DNA from: an uncultured virus (IMG/VR IMGVR_UViG_3300011741_000001)
Taxonomy: Duplodnaviria > Heunggongvirae > Uroviricota > Caudoviricetes
Virus record (IMG/VR): IMGVR_UViG_3300011741_000001
Coordinates: 186,001-239,534 of that record
DNA: 53,534 nucleotides
Strand: one strand, 5' to 3'
In this document: piece after piece, positions 17,417 to 27,416 of the stretch
Layout of the letters: every line of letters begins with the position of its first letter
How positions within the stretch are numbered: position 1 is the first letter of the stretch
Made by a program: the position numbers and the translations under genes
The notes under the pieces: generated by a model
Databases searched by the model: none
Told to the model about the DNA's origin: nothing
Seen by the model: only the letters and a program-made list of their open reading frames with translations

Positions 17417-18448
17417 TTATTTGTCGTTGTCGGACGAAGGTGTCCACGGTACCGGCTCAGAGATTTTGCGGGTATCCGGGAACGGGGTTTTGTTGTTAGA
17501 CGCATCAGCGAACCGCTGGATAGAAAGTTTCTCCTCCAGTTCAGCCATCTCTTCAAGCTGCTCCAGCGACGGCCCTTCGATGTCTGACAGTTCCAGATAA
17601 CGGTTCATGTCGACCTCTAGGCGTTGCACGCCTTCTTCGTTAACCTGCAGTTCCACCTGCTCTCTTGAGTCCATCTTCTTGATGTAACCGGGGATGTTAC
17701 TGTAGGCGAAACGGCGCTCTGCTTCACGCTGAATACGTTCGTTCTGAGTCGTACGGTAATCACGCTTTGGAGCCAGCCAGTTAATCGCTAGTAAGTCCGC
17801 CACGAACTGTTGTTGACGTTGAGTGACATCGGCACCCCAGTCGGTTTGCAGGTTGTACTTGTAACCATACGTCAGCTTACGTTCAACCCCTTCATCGGTG
17901 GTTTGTTTACAGGTGAAGGTGAACGCGATGTTGTTGGTGCCCCAGTGGATGTGCTGGTCGATACGCAACCCATTCGGGCCTTCCCACACGTTAATCGGTT
18001 CCAGCTGGAAGCCCATGAACGCATGATGGAGCTCGTCAGCGGCTTCGTACGGACTGTTGAAGTCACGCTTAGCCCATTCTAAGAAACGACCCTGATAGAG
18101 CTCAGGTTGGCTTACAGCGAGCACACGGGCCATGGTGTTCAGAGCAGCCAAGTCCTGACTGCGTGTGACGGTGTCTGCGTTACCGCAAAGCACACGGGCC
18201 TGACTGCGAATGATAGCGGCGAGTGGGGTGCGATCCATATCAGCCTGGCGATATTCCCAACCGAAAATCCACAGTTGTCCATCGCGACGGATGCGGTTGT
18301 GAACACGGCTACCTTCTTTCGTGGCGTCCAGTGCATCGGACTCCAGCACCCACGTGACGTCGTCCACTACGGTGGCCAGTACCGGCAACTCTAAATCGGT
18401 TGGCATGTTTTTGCCAATCACGGTTTTCAATTCAAAATCTGGAAACAT
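17417..18448 (-). CDS. Hypothetical protein, 343 aa
   Basis: GGAG SD; long ORF. Confidence 0.78.
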   Translation of the reverse strand: MFPDFELKTVIGKNMPTDLELPVLATVVDDVTWVLESDALDATKEGSRVHNRIRRDGQLWIFGWEYRQADMDRTPLAAIIRSQARVLCGNADTVTRSQDLAALNTMARVLAVSQPELYQGRFLEWAKRDFNSPYEAADELHHAFMGFQLEPINVWEGPNGLRIDQHIHWGTNNIAFTFTCKQTTDEGVERKLTYGYKYNLQTDWGADVTQRQQQFVADLLAINWLAPKRDYRTTQNERIQREAERRFAYSNIPGYIKKMDSREQVELQVNEEGVQRLEVDMNRYLELSDIEGPSLEQLEEMAELEEKLSIQRFADASNNKTPFPDTRKISEPVPWTPSSDNDK

Positions 18449-18462
18449 GGTAGATACTCCGT

Positions 18463-18492
18463 AAGAAAAAAAGAAGCCACCCGAAGGTGGCT
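18463..18492 (-). terminator. UUCG terminator
   Basis: agccacc-ttcg-ggtggct then a U-tract. Confidence 0.85.
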
Positions 18493-18499
18493 GTGATGA

Positions 18500-18712
18500 T
18501 TATTTGTTACGACTGGCGAAGTAGTCGCCGAACCGTTTCTCCAGACGCGCTAACTCAGCAGCACGTTTAGACGGTGGGAGTTTCATCGCTTCGGCTTTTG
18601 CGGCTTCGTACGCTTGGCCCGTCGATCTCGGGGTTGGTCGGATAGTACCCAAGTCTGCTATCGATGATGACAGCGTGACGTTCGGGTCGTGGATATCAAT
18701 GCGCTTATTCAT
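18500..18712 (-). CDS. Hypothetical protein, 70 aa
   Basis: ATG 18712 behind AGGAG; overlaps the upstream stop. Confidence 0.65.
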   Translation of the reverse strand: MNKRIDIHDPNVTLSSSIADLGTIRPTPRSTGQAYEAAKAEAMKLPPSKRAAELARLEKRFGDYFASRNK

Positions 18713-19007
18713 GACGTTCTCCTGCACGGGCGATTAACCCATTCATGACGTTACGGTACTTCTTAACCTTTGGTGATTCGGCTTTGCGCTTGCGGGTATT
18801 AACCCGGAAATTTTTAAGCATCTCACCAACCGTTGCAGAGACGTGATCCAGTCTTTCGGATGCGGTGACGGGTTCTTGCGATTCCAGTAACCGTCCCAAC
18901 GCCTCTATACGGGCAGTGGGCATCGGACGCCCCATCTCATCTATCGGGTTATTCATGCGATGCCACTGTGATTCCAGAATACGTTGTTCGCGTTCACGGT
19001 CAGTCAT
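18705..19007 (-). CDS. Hypothetical protein, 100 aa
   Basis: ATG 19007 behind GGAG. Confidence 0.65.
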   Translation of the reverse strand: MTDREREQRILESQWHRMNNPIDEMGRPMPTARIEALGRLLESQEPVTASERLDHVSATVGEMLKNFRVNTRKRKAESPKVKKYRNVMNGLIARAGERHE

Positions 19008-19188
19008 TGTAAGACTCCATTGCGGATACGTTACCATTGCGGTCAACCATCAACACCTGTGCGTTGACGTGAACCGCTTCATCTTCCTGCTGACGGCGAT
19101 GACGCACGCCGTTTGACAGGTTATCCCATTCACGCTTCATGCGTGGGCTATTAATAAACTCGGCAAAATCAAAATCTTTAAAGCTCAT
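19000..19188 (-). CDS. Hypothetical protein, 62 aa
   Basis: ATG 1 nt after the upstream TAA; tiles the operon. Confidence 0.6.
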   Translation of the reverse strand: MSFKDFDFAEFINSPRMKREWDNLSNGVRHRRQQEDEAVHVNAQVLMVDRNGNVSAMESYND

Positions 19189-19189
19189 C

Positions 19190-19336
19190 TTAGCCGCGTC
19201 CTGTGCACATGGCTTCAGAGTTACCGTTCGCACGGCAGGTGTTGTAATCATTGTTCAGTACGACATACGCGGTGGTGAACAGGAAAGCCAGAACGGTGCT
19301 AATGATAACTTTCTTAACGTTTGATTTCTTAGACAT
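19190..19336 (-). CDS. Membrane-anchored or secreted microprotein with a Cys pair, 48 aa
   Basis: GGAG SD; basic N-terminus, hydrophobic helix, then CRANGNSEAMC. Confidence 0.6.
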   Translation of the reverse strand: MSKKSNVKKVIISTVLAFLFTTAYVVLNNDYNTCRANGNSEAMCTGRG

Positions 19337-19352
19337 AAAGGACTCCACTAGT

Positions 19353-19535
19353 TTAATTGAGTGCGCCGATAGCGGCGCTAAGACGTTCGATTTCAGCCAC
19401 ATCGCCACGAGCACGAGCGGCAGCTAGGTCAATTGCTAAATGATTCATACGGGCCATACGGCGGGCGTGCAGCTCCTCAGGAGTCACACGTTTCATTTCT
19501 TGCTGATACGATGAACCGACTCCTGAGATTTTCAT
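19353..19535 (-). CDS. Hypothetical protein, 60 aa
   Basis: GAGG SD. Confidence 0.6.
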   Translation of the reverse strand: MKISGVGSSYQQEMKRVTPEELHARRMARMNHLAIDLAAARARGDVAEIERLSAAIGALN

Positions 19536-19544
19536 ACAGACCTC

Positions 19545-19925
19545 TTAGATGTTTTCGATGTTATTTTTGATGTGTGCCATATGGGCGTGGTAACCTTCGT
19601 CCTTACGGGCTTCGATTAATTCCGGTGCATTGTTTACACGGTTCATGAAATCGTCAATCATGTCGTGCAGCGTTTCACCTTTCAGTGGCGTAGCGTTGAA
19701 TTCATCGCCGGCAATATAACGAATGAACGCGTTGTCTGAGCCTTCGATGTCCGGGGCAGTGCTACCGACCTGACGACGGTCAGCCACGTACTCCACGAAC
19801 TCTTCATCCGTGAATGTGCGAAAACCGCAAGAGATTTCACCGAGGATTAATACGCTGAAAGGATTAGCGCGCACGGTGTCTTTGATGCCAGTGGTGATAT
19901 CGCGTTTGGTGTTGTTGATATTCAT
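19545..19925 (-). CDS. Hypothetical protein, 126 aa
   Basis: ATG 19925 behind AAGGAG; first gene after the promoter motif. Confidence 0.7.
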   Translation of the reverse strand: MNINNTKRDITTGIKDTVRANPFSVLILGEISCGFRTFTDEEFVEYVADRRQVGSTAPDIEGSDNAFIRYIAGDEFNATPLKGETLHDMIDDFMNRVNNAPELIEARKDEGYHAHMAHIKNNIENI

Positions 19926-19981
19926 TAGAAGCTCCTTAAGGGGTAGTTGAGTTAAGAGATTAATGTATTCTCTCACCTTAG

Positions 19982-19993
19982 TAATATCTATCT
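19982..19993 (-). promoter_or_regulatory. Putative phage early promoter AGATAGATATTA(C)
   Basis: Repeated intergenic 12-mer; its 3' end resembles the phiKZ early consensus TATATTAC. Confidence 0.65.
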
Positions 19994-20118
19994 GAAATAA
20001 AATCCAATCAAACTACCCCTCTCAGACGCGCTGTAACGCATTCTCCCGCGTTTTGTCGTTCCACGGTACATCGTTTCATCTTACCCCTGCTAATACCCGT
20101 ATAATCCCACCCAGACGT

Positions 20119-20156
20119 AAAAAAGAAACAAACCTCCCTACCCGAAGGTAAGGAGG
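20119..20156 (-). terminator. UUCG terminator
   Basis: cctccttacc-ttcg-ggtagggagg then a U-rich tract. Confidence 0.8.
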
Positions 20157-20163
20157 GTATGTC

Positions 20164-20964
20164 TTAGACGCCAGACATGATCGTTTGGTATTCCGGCTGC
20201 ATTTCCATGCCACTGGCCACCGAAATCATCACCGGTTTTTCAGAGGTAGGGATAATGGCATCCTTCGCCAACAGATCGTATTTGGTCGCCGCCGGCAGAA
20301 TGCACTCGTTCGAGTACGGGCCGAGAATCTGCGCAGAGTACGGCACGTACGAGTTGAACGTGATGTACGGGCCGGCTTTGAACACGGCAAAGATTTCATT
20401 GACGTTGTTCGAGGTTTCTGGCCCCACGCTCAGCGCGGTATAACGCAGAGTGACCGCCAGTGCTTCGGTGTGGTCGTCAGTACGAGACTGACCCACGAAC
20501 GCAAAGCGATACAGGTCAACCTGATACTCTTCAGACTCCTGCACCATCGCCGGCGTGATACGTTTCTCGTACTTCGGATAGGTATCAATGTCACCGGCCA
20601 CGATACCCACCGCCAGACGCTGTGCAAAGGCGTAAGCGTTCGCAAAGCCGTACTGCGCTGTCAGTGCGGCATCACACGGTGCCGTGGTGTAGCAGTGCAG
20701 GAACAGCAAGTTGCCCAACGTACCCGGTTCCGTGATCGGCAGGGTCTTACAGCCGTCTTCTTCACCGTGTTTGTAAATGATACTGATGGTTTTGTCGAGG
20801 CTCGACGCCATCACATACATCAGACCGACTTCACCGGACTGAGGTAAGACTTTCGTGATGCGCTCCATCAGCTTCGAGGCTTTCGCGAAGTGATTGGCTT
20901 CAAACGCATCGATGTTCATGATGGTTTGGCCTGACATGCGCATGACGTGTACGTTGTTGCTCAT
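20164..20964 (-). CDS. Hypothetical protein, 266 aa
   Basis: ATG 20964 behind AAGGA. Confidence 0.72.
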   Translation of the reverse strand: MSNNVHVMRMSGQTIMNIDAFEANHFAKASKLMERITKVLPQSGEVGLMYVMASSLDKTISIIYKHGEEDGCKTLPITEPGTLGNLLFLHCYTTAPCDAALTAQYGFANAYAFAQRLAVGIVAGDIDTYPKYEKRITPAMVQESEEYQVDLYRFAFVGQSRTDDHTEALAVTLRYTALSVGPETSNNVNEIFAVFKAGPYITFNSYVPYSAQILGPYSNECILPAATKYDLLAKDAIIPTSEKPVMISVASGMEMQPEYQTIMSGV

Positions 20965-21005
20965 TAGATAATCCTTCAGTGTGGTTTTGGTTACATATAA
21001 CTGTA

Positions 21006-22310
21006 TTAGCTTGTAACTTTTGTGGTAGACAGCCACAGCGTGAGTTCTGCGACTGTGTTATACTGCGACGTCCCCATGGTCTGACCATCGGTTGCCGCCT
21101 GAAACACTTCTGCCGCCAGTGTGCCGTAACGGGTGTAAATCCCGACGTCGTTGGCGTACATAAACTTCACCCCCATCCCCGGTGCAAGGATACCCGGTAA
21201 GGCTCCGTTCCACGTGACCTTCAACGTGTTCCCGGTACGCATCGCCAGTTCGGATTTAATGGCTTTGTCATCGTCCGTGTAGTGCTTCTTCTGCACAGGG
21301 GCGTTGACCATCCCGGAGGCGTGGGTGTTGGGGGCAGCTTGTGCCACGAACTTATCCGGTGTGGTGCTGGAGAGTTCACCCGGTGTAAAGGAACTGGTAC
21401 GTCCGTCCAGTGCACGAATCGACCCCACCCGATAACCGGTACCGTCGTTTAACGCAGCCGTGTCCTGCTGGAGCATCGACAGGGTGTCACCGCCGGTGAT
21501 GATGTAGATAACGTTCCCGTCGATGTGCACGGACTTATCCAGATGCGCGGCGCGTTCTTTCGGCAAGTTCATCACCACCAGTTTTGCGGGGGCGTTGGCG
21601 AACTTGTCGACATCCCACGGACGGAAGATGTGCCAGTTGTTGAAATACTGGAACACCCCCAGTCCCCGCTCATACACCCCGTACCGGTTTTGCAGGAAAT
21701 CAAAGGCTTCGAGGAAATCCACCGAGTCAGGAATCGAGATACACTCGTACTTACGTTGCTCTTCCCGGTCATACTGCACCGAGTGTACCGTTCCCACCGG
21801 TTTATCACCGCGTTCCGTGGTCGCCGTTAACAGGTCACGGATAATCGTCAGGCAGTCGGTGCCCCGATAGATATCCCCAACCTGCTTTAAGCGCTGATAC
21901 CACACCGAGGCGTCCATCAACTCCAGTTGCACCACCGCCATGGCTTTGTCGTTTGACTCCGCCGTGAACATCGTGCTGGACTCCATGTCCGGGTCACGGC
22001 TATTCACCACCACCCCGTTGTAGTTCATGGTGTTCAGCAGCGTACTGCCGTTACGGGTCATGATTTTGACTTTCATGTTCCCGTTAGCCGCGGTGGTCAG
22101 TAAGCGCATCTGTGACGTCGGTACCGCCAGCGTGATGTGCGTGATCGTACAGATGTCGTTAATGAAGTTACTGGAGTTAATCACCGACATCACTTTCAGT
22201 ACGGTTAATGGAAACCCTTTGATGGTGACCATCGCGTCGTATCGCAATGCAGGCGCGCCGAAAGCACGAGCTAAATGGCTATTGACGATAGCCTGAAAAC
22301 GATCATACAC
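21006..22310 (-). CDS. Virion structural protein, possibly baseplate hub-like (phiKZ gp101-like), 434 aa
   Basis: YGVY..GLG.F and W......L.PGM motifs; synteny. Confidence 0.6.
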   Translation of the reverse strand: MYDRFQAIVNSHLARAFGAPALRYDAMVTIKGFPLTVLKVMSVINSSNFINDICTITHITLAVPTSQMRLLTTAANGNMKVKIMTRNGSTLLNTMNYNGVVVNSRDPDMESSTMFTAESNDKAMAVVQLELMDASVWYQRLKQVGDIYRGTDCLTIIRDLLTATTERGDKPVGTVHSVQYDREEQRKYECISIPDSVDFLEAFDFLQNRYGVYERGLGVFQYFNNWHIFRPWDVDKFANAPAKLVVMNLPKERAAHLDKSVHIDGNVIYIITGGDTLSMLQQDTAALNDGTGYRVGSIRALDGRTSSFTPGELSSTTPDKFVAQAAPNTHASGMVNAPVQKKHYTDDDKAIKSELAMRTGNTLKVTWNGALPGILAPGMGVKFMYANDVGIYTRYGTLAAEVFQAATDGQTMGTSQYNTVAELTLWLSTTKVTS

Positions 22311-22851
22311 GACGGGCTCCTTGTGACTGATGGAATCGGTGGAAGTTTTCCAACCGCGCGATGAGGGTGTCGTTGAAGCGGTGGGTTTCCACGTTGGTTT
22401 CTACCCGGCCGGTGAACAGTCCCTGTAATGCCGAGGACATGGTCACTTCCGGTTTCTTGTAGTAGCCGTAACGGTGTGCCACCGGGAACAGTTTATTGGC
22501 GAGCTGGTTAAACTGACGCAACCCTTCAATCGGCAGTGAGCGCTTCATGAGTTGAGGTTCGTTCATGTGGGTTAACCAATCCGCCATGTGCTCCATTATC
22601 CACCCGTAGACGCGCTTGGCGTCCGTCGGGTCGTTAATGGCCAAAGGCATCCCAGTGCCCAGATACTCTGCAACCTCGCAGGGATGGGCGAAGATAGTTT
22701 TCTGGTTCAGGAGGATCGCCTGTGCCTTCTTCTTATCTTCGGGCAAAAACAACCCGTGTTCACTGGTGGCGTAACTGGTCAACGTGGCGTATTCCGGTAC
22801 CCGCCAACCAATCCACGTGTGAAACAAATAAAATGCCGCTGATTTTTCCAT
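22303..22851 (-). CDS. Conserved hypothetical protein (phiKZ gp100-like), 182 aa
   Basis: GAGG SD; overlaps the next gene; synteny. Confidence 0.65.
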   Translation of the reverse strand: MEKSAAFYLFHTWIGWRVPEYATLTSYATSEHGLFLPEDKKKAQAILLNQKTIFAHPCEVAEYLGTGMPLAINDPTDAKRVYGWIMEHMADWLTHMNEPQLMKRSLPIEGLRQFNQLANKLFPVAHRYGYYKKPEVTMSSALQGLFTGRVETNVETHRFNDTLIARLENFHRFHQSQGARRV

Positions 22852-22858
22852 GGTACCT

Positions 22859-24184
22859 CTAGCGTGCGTAACGCAGTATCACGTAGACGAGTGGAATGTA
22901 ATAGAACTGCGCATCCCGTGGGAGCTTCGCCGCCAACTCCGCCAGTCGCAGCGCCGTCGCTGACGAGACAGCCTGTTGGTGAATGAATTGCTGCAGGCCC
23001 CATTCCAGCACGCTCTTGTAGCTGCCGTTGTAGAACTCTTCGGAGAGAACATACGGGTTCATGGTGGGTTGAATAAACGCCACCAAATCTTCCCCCGGAT
23101 TTCCTCGGTAATTGATGGTGTCTGTGCCCACCGGACTGAACTTCATCGGTTCACCGGGGAACACCGTGTACTTATTGTCATCCCCAAAAAACAGCGTGTA
23201 GTCAAACTTCGAATACCCGATGGTGTTCTTCACCTGCAACGTGCGGAACGTCTGCACCGCAAACGACCCGATGCGGCGGTTGGTGTCCCGCAGGTACGTG
23301 GCCGTCTGGTACACCATGGCATCCCAGAACGATTCAATGTCCTGCACCAGTTTCGGTGGATGGGGATAGATGCGGATATCTTTGCCCGGCACGTGTAACC
23401 CGATAGCACGGATAAAGCGGGCCAGGAACACGTCGTAGATTCGGTAGCGTTCTTCCGGGAACCGCAGGGTCTGCAACTCGTTATCGTAGAAGCGTTTCAC
23501 GTAAGTCGCTTCGATATTGAGGATGCTGTCACCGATGGCGAGGAAGCTCCGGTACTCGGGAGCCGTCAGCATGGTGTCTTCGCCTAACCACGCACGGTCA
23601 CGCACGAAGTAGAACTCACGCACCGTACAGGCTTTCATGATTTCCACCATGAAAGGCGTTACTTCAAACAGTAACGTGTACTCAATGTCGTAAGTCGCGA
23701 TTTTGTTGTACCCACCACGCTGGGAGCTCGTGATGTTGTACAGACCCACACGGTTGTCACCGAGGTCAGCGGTAAAGAAGTCGTTTACGTTCGGTGGAAT
23801 GGAGTTCACCACCGTGGCCGAACCGGACACCGTGAACTGACGGGTCTGGCTGTCTTGCGACCCACTCAACCCGTCTTTGACACGCAGTTCCAGATTGTTG
23901 ATTTTCTCGAACTGTTGCGTCGGGTTCACTATCTTCGGATCGAAAATCACCATTGGGTCATTACGACCCTTTAACTGGCGATAGAAATCCACCGACCACG
24001 ATGACCCACTCGCATACTGCAACAGATGCTGTTGCGGCACACGCTCCAAATCCGTCACGGTGGTACGTAACGGTTCGGTCACCACGTTGGTTTTGACTTT
24101 AATGCCGTCTTGTGCTTGTGACAATTCCGGCGTCGGGGGTTCGATGGGTACCCATGCAGCACCCGCTTTCTTAGAGGTCAGCAC
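22859..24184 (-). CDS. Virion structural protein, probable neck/head completion (phiKZ gp99-like), 441 aa
   Basis: G..W.V..Y.Q, P...D.F.ADLGD and C-terminal FYYIP motifs; GTG start with AAGGAG. Confidence 0.6.
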   Translation of the reverse strand: MLTSKKAGAAWVPIEPPTPELSQAQDGIKVKTNVVTEPLRTTVTDLERVPQQHLLQYASGSSWSVDFYRQLKGRNDPMVIFDPKIVNPTQQFEKINNLELRVKDGLSGSQDSQTRQFTVSGSATVVNSIPPNVNDFFTADLGDNRVGLYNITSSQRGGYNKIATYDIEYTLLFEVTPFMVEIMKACTVREFYFVRDRAWLGEDTMLTAPEYRSFLAIGDSILNIEATYVKRFYDNELQTLRFPEERYRIYDVFLARFIRAIGLHVPGKDIRIYPHPPKLVQDIESFWDAMVYQTATYLRDTNRRIGSFAVQTFRTLQVKNTIGYSKFDYTLFFGDDNKYTVFPGEPMKFSPVGTDTINYRGNPGEDLVAFIQPTMNPYVLSEEFYNGSYKSVLEWGLQQFIHQQAVSSATALRLAELAAKLPRDAQFYYIPLVYVILRYAR

Positions 24185-24185
24185 C

Positions 24186-25673
24186 TTATGCTCCTTTGAT
24201 GGTCAGGATACCGGTGTTGAACACCGTCAGGTAATAAGGGCGGTCTTTCTGGCTACCGACCTGCTCCACGATTTTATCCCAGATGCTCGGGGGTAACTTA
24301 TCGTACTCCCACCACGCATCCGGGGTTTCCCATTGCGGGAACAACCACTTCACCAGTATCTCGGCAGCCTTCGGGTAGAGATGCAGCGGATACAGGTCAA
24401 TCCCTCGCCAGTCGTACAACACCTGTTCGATGAGGAAGTAGTTCTTCTCCACGAGGATGTCGTATTTCAGGTGGAAGGCGTTGCCGTCCCATGCGTAAAA
24501 TTTCGGGTCAACCAGAATCCCGTTCTGGTACGCGGACATTCTGAACAGTCCAGTCATCCCCGTGGGGTCAACTTTACGACAGTGATTGATGTACGGTAAC
24601 AATGCCGGGTTCCATTCGTACGGCAGGTCATCCACGGTCATCACCTGTGGGTGTGACATGTTGTCCGCATCAAACGCCACGTCAGTACCAAAGATAGGCA
24701 ACGCGATTTTGTTCCACGGGGCATGCAGACGATGGAACTGTTCAGACGGGCACAACAGATACGGCAACTGAATCAGTCGACGTTTCTCGTTAAGGTACCA
24801 CGTGGCATCCTGTTCCGCCTGCTGCTGTGAACGGCGCACGAACTCTTCGTTGTTCACCCACGGCGGGTCAATCTCTGGCCACCATTTCTCCGGCAACCCG
24901 GTTTGATTGATGATGTACGGATACGTCACCACCACCTCTTCCGGACACTGGTAATAGAACTTGATGGTGAACGTCGCTTCGTAATGGTTCTCGTCTTTGT
25001 CCCATTCCGGTTCCGTGGTGTCGTAGGTCACCTCCACCCGGGTGGGAGAATAACGTACCGCTAAAGCGACTTGGCCGCCTGCCACGTTCGCGGTGGTGAA
25101 CACCGACTGCGAGAATCCCGCTTCCATGTACTCACGGAAATCCGCATAGCGGGGTACACGGGCTTCTGAGGCGTGGTAGCAGTCCTGTAACAGCTCTAAC
25201 GCCGCCGCAGGAATAAAGTAGTACCCCTCGGCTTCGGTCACCAGTGAATAGCGACCCATGTCGATTAAGGAGTTCAACCGGTTAATCCAGCGGTTGAGTT
25301 CATCACTGGATTGGTTGTTGCGCTTGAGGGTGATTTCCACGTCGTAACCGGTGCGTACCGGACGCGCGTTCACCTCGTCTTTGCGGTTGTCAAAGAACGG
25401 CAGTTCAACATTCATCCCGACCTGACGGTTAATGCGGGCAAACTCTTCACGCTTTTCATTGACCGTCACGTACGTGCGGTTGGTGGCAGCAAACGCCACA
25501 GGGGTCTCTTCCCCTTCCGTTGACCCGACCTGATGTGCGGTGTTGTATTTATCCCCGAAGATAACCTCGGAGTCTTCGATGCCGGATTCCGCCAACACAC
25601 GGTAAGTGATTCCATCGAGGATTGATTTGCGCACGGTCTGGTCTAACGAAGGAATCTCAAAATACTGTTGCAT
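24186..25673 (-). CDS. Virion structural protein (phiKZ gp98-like), 495 aa
   Basis: AAGGAG SD; YP.IINQ motif; synteny. Confidence 0.6.
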   Translation of the reverse strand: MQQYFEIPSLDQTVRKSILDGITYRVLAESGIEDSEVIFGDKYNTAHQVGSTEGEETPVAFAATNRTYVTVNEKREEFARINRQVGMNVELPFFDNRKDEVNARPVRTGYDVEITLKRNNQSSDELNRWINRLNSLIDMGRYSLVTEAEGYYFIPAAALELLQDCYHASEARVPRYADFREYMEAGFSQSVFTTANVAGGQVALAVRYSPTRVEVTYDTTEPEWDKDENHYEATFTIKFYYQCPEEVVVTYPYIINQTGLPEKWWPEIDPPWVNNEEFVRRSQQQAEQDATWYLNEKRRLIQLPYLLCPSEQFHRLHAPWNKIALPIFGTDVAFDADNMSHPQVMTVDDLPYEWNPALLPYINHCRKVDPTGMTGLFRMSAYQNGILVDPKFYAWDGNAFHLKYDILVEKNYFLIEQVLYDWRGIDLYPLHLYPKAAEILVKWLFPQWETPDAWWEYDKLPPSIWDKIVEQVGSQKDRPYYLTVFNTGILTIKGA

Positions 25674-25714
25674 TGGCTTCTCCTTACGTCAGCTCATATC
25701 ACAGGCCGAATATG

Positions 25715-25746
25715 AAAAAAAAAAAACAGAGGCCCGAAGGCCCCTT
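25715..25746 (-). terminator. UUCG terminator with a 12-nt U-tract
   Basis: aggggcc-ttcg-ggcctct then poly-T. Confidence 0.75.
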
Positions 25747-25752
25747 ATTTTT

Positions 25753-26379
25753 TTAATCCTGACGGAAGAAGATATTTGCGCGGGGATATCTCTCCCCGTC
25801 AATGATGAACCACTCGTCACTCACGGTGGCGTCGACTTCGCGCATAAAGTTGATTTTACCCTCAACGGCAGTGAGGGCACGCACCACCGGAATCATATTC
25901 CGCTGGAGGTCAAACACAGTACCCGGGAAGCGCGGGTTGTTAATGAGTATCACTTCCGCATCCGGGAAAAGGTACATCGCTTTAAAACGGTTACCGATGT
26001 CTTTAAACTCATCCCGTATCGCTTGGGTCAGTTCTATCTGATAACCTTTGCGCACATAACGATTATCATCGTCAGTTTGTGTTTTAAAGTCCCGTAGGGC
26101 TTTCATGCGGATGTCACTCTGCAAGCCGATTAGGGCATCACCCATTGCCAACTTCCCATTCGGCATCACGACCGAGACTTCTTCTGGCTCGATGTGGTAG
26201 AAGGTCTTTAGCCGGTCCAGGAATGTGGTGAACCGCGCTGCACTGGTAATACGTCCAACGTTGCAACCGCCGTTGTATTCGTGGTATTGGCGAATACCGC
26301 CTTCACGACGGAGGTTGATACTCACCCCTTCAACTTCTTCAATTTGCTTCAGGAATTCTTGTTTAGTGTAAAGCGTCAT
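25753..26379 (-). CDS. Hypothetical protein, 208 aa
   Basis: ATG 26379 behind AAGGA, downstream of a terminator. Confidence 0.72.
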   Translation of the reverse strand: MTLYTKQEFLKQIEEVEGVSINLRREGGIRQYHEYNGGCNVGRITSAARFTTFLDRLKTFYHIEPEEVSVVMPNGKLAMGDALIGLQSDIRMKALRDFKTQTDDDNRYVRKGYQIELTQAIRDEFKDIGNRFKAMYLFPDAEVILINNPRFPGTVFDLQRNMIPVVRALTAVEGKINFMREVDATVSDEWFIIDGERYPRANIFFRQD

Positions 26380-26394
26380 TTGATAATCCTTACG

Positions 26395-26423
26395 AAAAAA
26401 GAAAAGGGAGCCGAAGCTCCCTT
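26395..26423 (-). terminator. UUCG terminator
   Basis: aagggagc-ttcg-gctccctt then a U-tract. Confidence 0.85.
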
Positions 26424-26428
26424 GGGTA

Positions 26429-26866
26429 TTACGCCACACCCTCAATCATGGCGTGGGTGCACTCTTTGTACACCCGCACTTCAACGGGGTGGTGGTCTGC
26501 GTGCAACGTTTCACCTTTGGGTGTCACCAACTGCCAGCGTTCGCCATCACCCCATAGCGGGTGCTTACGAATGGTGCTGGACACCAGTGTGCCTTCTTTC
26601 ACGAAGTCCAGTATCCAGCTCAGTTTATTAAACCGTTCCGGTACCGGGATTTCGATACTCGGGCCTTGGCGATGCAAACACAGCGGCAAGTGCAGCTTAC
26701 CGTGTTTGTTCATCCGCAGCCATAACGCCATACTGAGAAACTGCGCCTCGGTCAAATGGACTTCTGGCACCGACGTAAAGTGGCGAATCACCTTCTCGGT
26801 GAGTAGCCCGCTTTCAATCATGAAGTAGTCCAGAGACGTGCCTAACAGCGGTTCAGGTTGATACAT
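26429..26866 (-). CDS. Hypothetical protein, 145 aa
   Basis: GGAGG SD. Confidence 0.7.
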   Translation of the reverse strand: MYQPEPLLGTSLDYFMIESGLLTEKVIRHFTSVPEVHLTEAQFLSMALWLRMNKHGKLHLPLCLHRQGPSIEIPVPERFNKLSWILDFVKEGTLVSSTIRKHPLWGDGERWQLVTPKGETLHADHHPVEVRVYKECTHAMIEGVA

Positions 26867-26894
26867 GGTTCACCTCCTCAGGTGTCGCATAGTA

Positions 26895-27416
26895 TCACTC
26901 GGTAATGCGGGTGTATTCCCAAATGTCAAAGGCGTGGGCGTGCTTCTCATCCGGCGCGTGACTGGCCACCAAACGTTGGGTGTATTTGGTGACATCGAAC
27001 TGCGGGAACTTCGCATCCGCGCCGTCAATCGTGGTGTGTACCGTGGTCAGCAGAATCACGTCCGCATGCTCCAGATACATCTCGTAGATTTCACCGCCAC
27101 CGATGATAACGACTTCTTTTTCTTTCCAGCGGTCTGCCACAATCAGCAACTCGTCCGGTTTGGTCAGAATCGCCACCCCGAACTCCACACCCTTACCCGG
27201 CACCACGTTTTTGCTGTCGCGGGTCACCACCCAGTTACGACGGTTCGGCAACGGCTTTGAACCGATCGACTCAAACGTCTTGCGTCCCATCACCACCATC
27301 TTGCCCATGGTCTGTTCTTTAAACCACTGGAAGTCTTTGGGTAAGTGCCACGGCATAGCGTTGTCTTTGCCGATGTTCCAGTTACTGTCTACTGCTGCGA
27401 TGACGGTGATTTTCAT
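26895..27416 (-). CDS. folA: Dihydrofolate reductase, 173 aa
   Basis: IGKDNAMPWHLPKDFQWFK, VMGRKTFESIG.KPLPNRRN.V, IIGGGEIY, D..FP: canonical DHFR motifs. Confidence 0.97.
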   Translation of the reverse strand: MKITVIAAVDSNWNIGKDNAMPWHLPKDFQWFKEQTMGKMVVMGRKTFESIGSKPLPNRRNWVVTRDSKNVVPGKGVEFGVAILTKPDELLIVADRWKEKEVVIIGGGEIYEMYLEHADVILLTTVHTTIDGADAKFPQFDVTKYTQRLVASHAPDEKHAHAFDIWEYTRITE

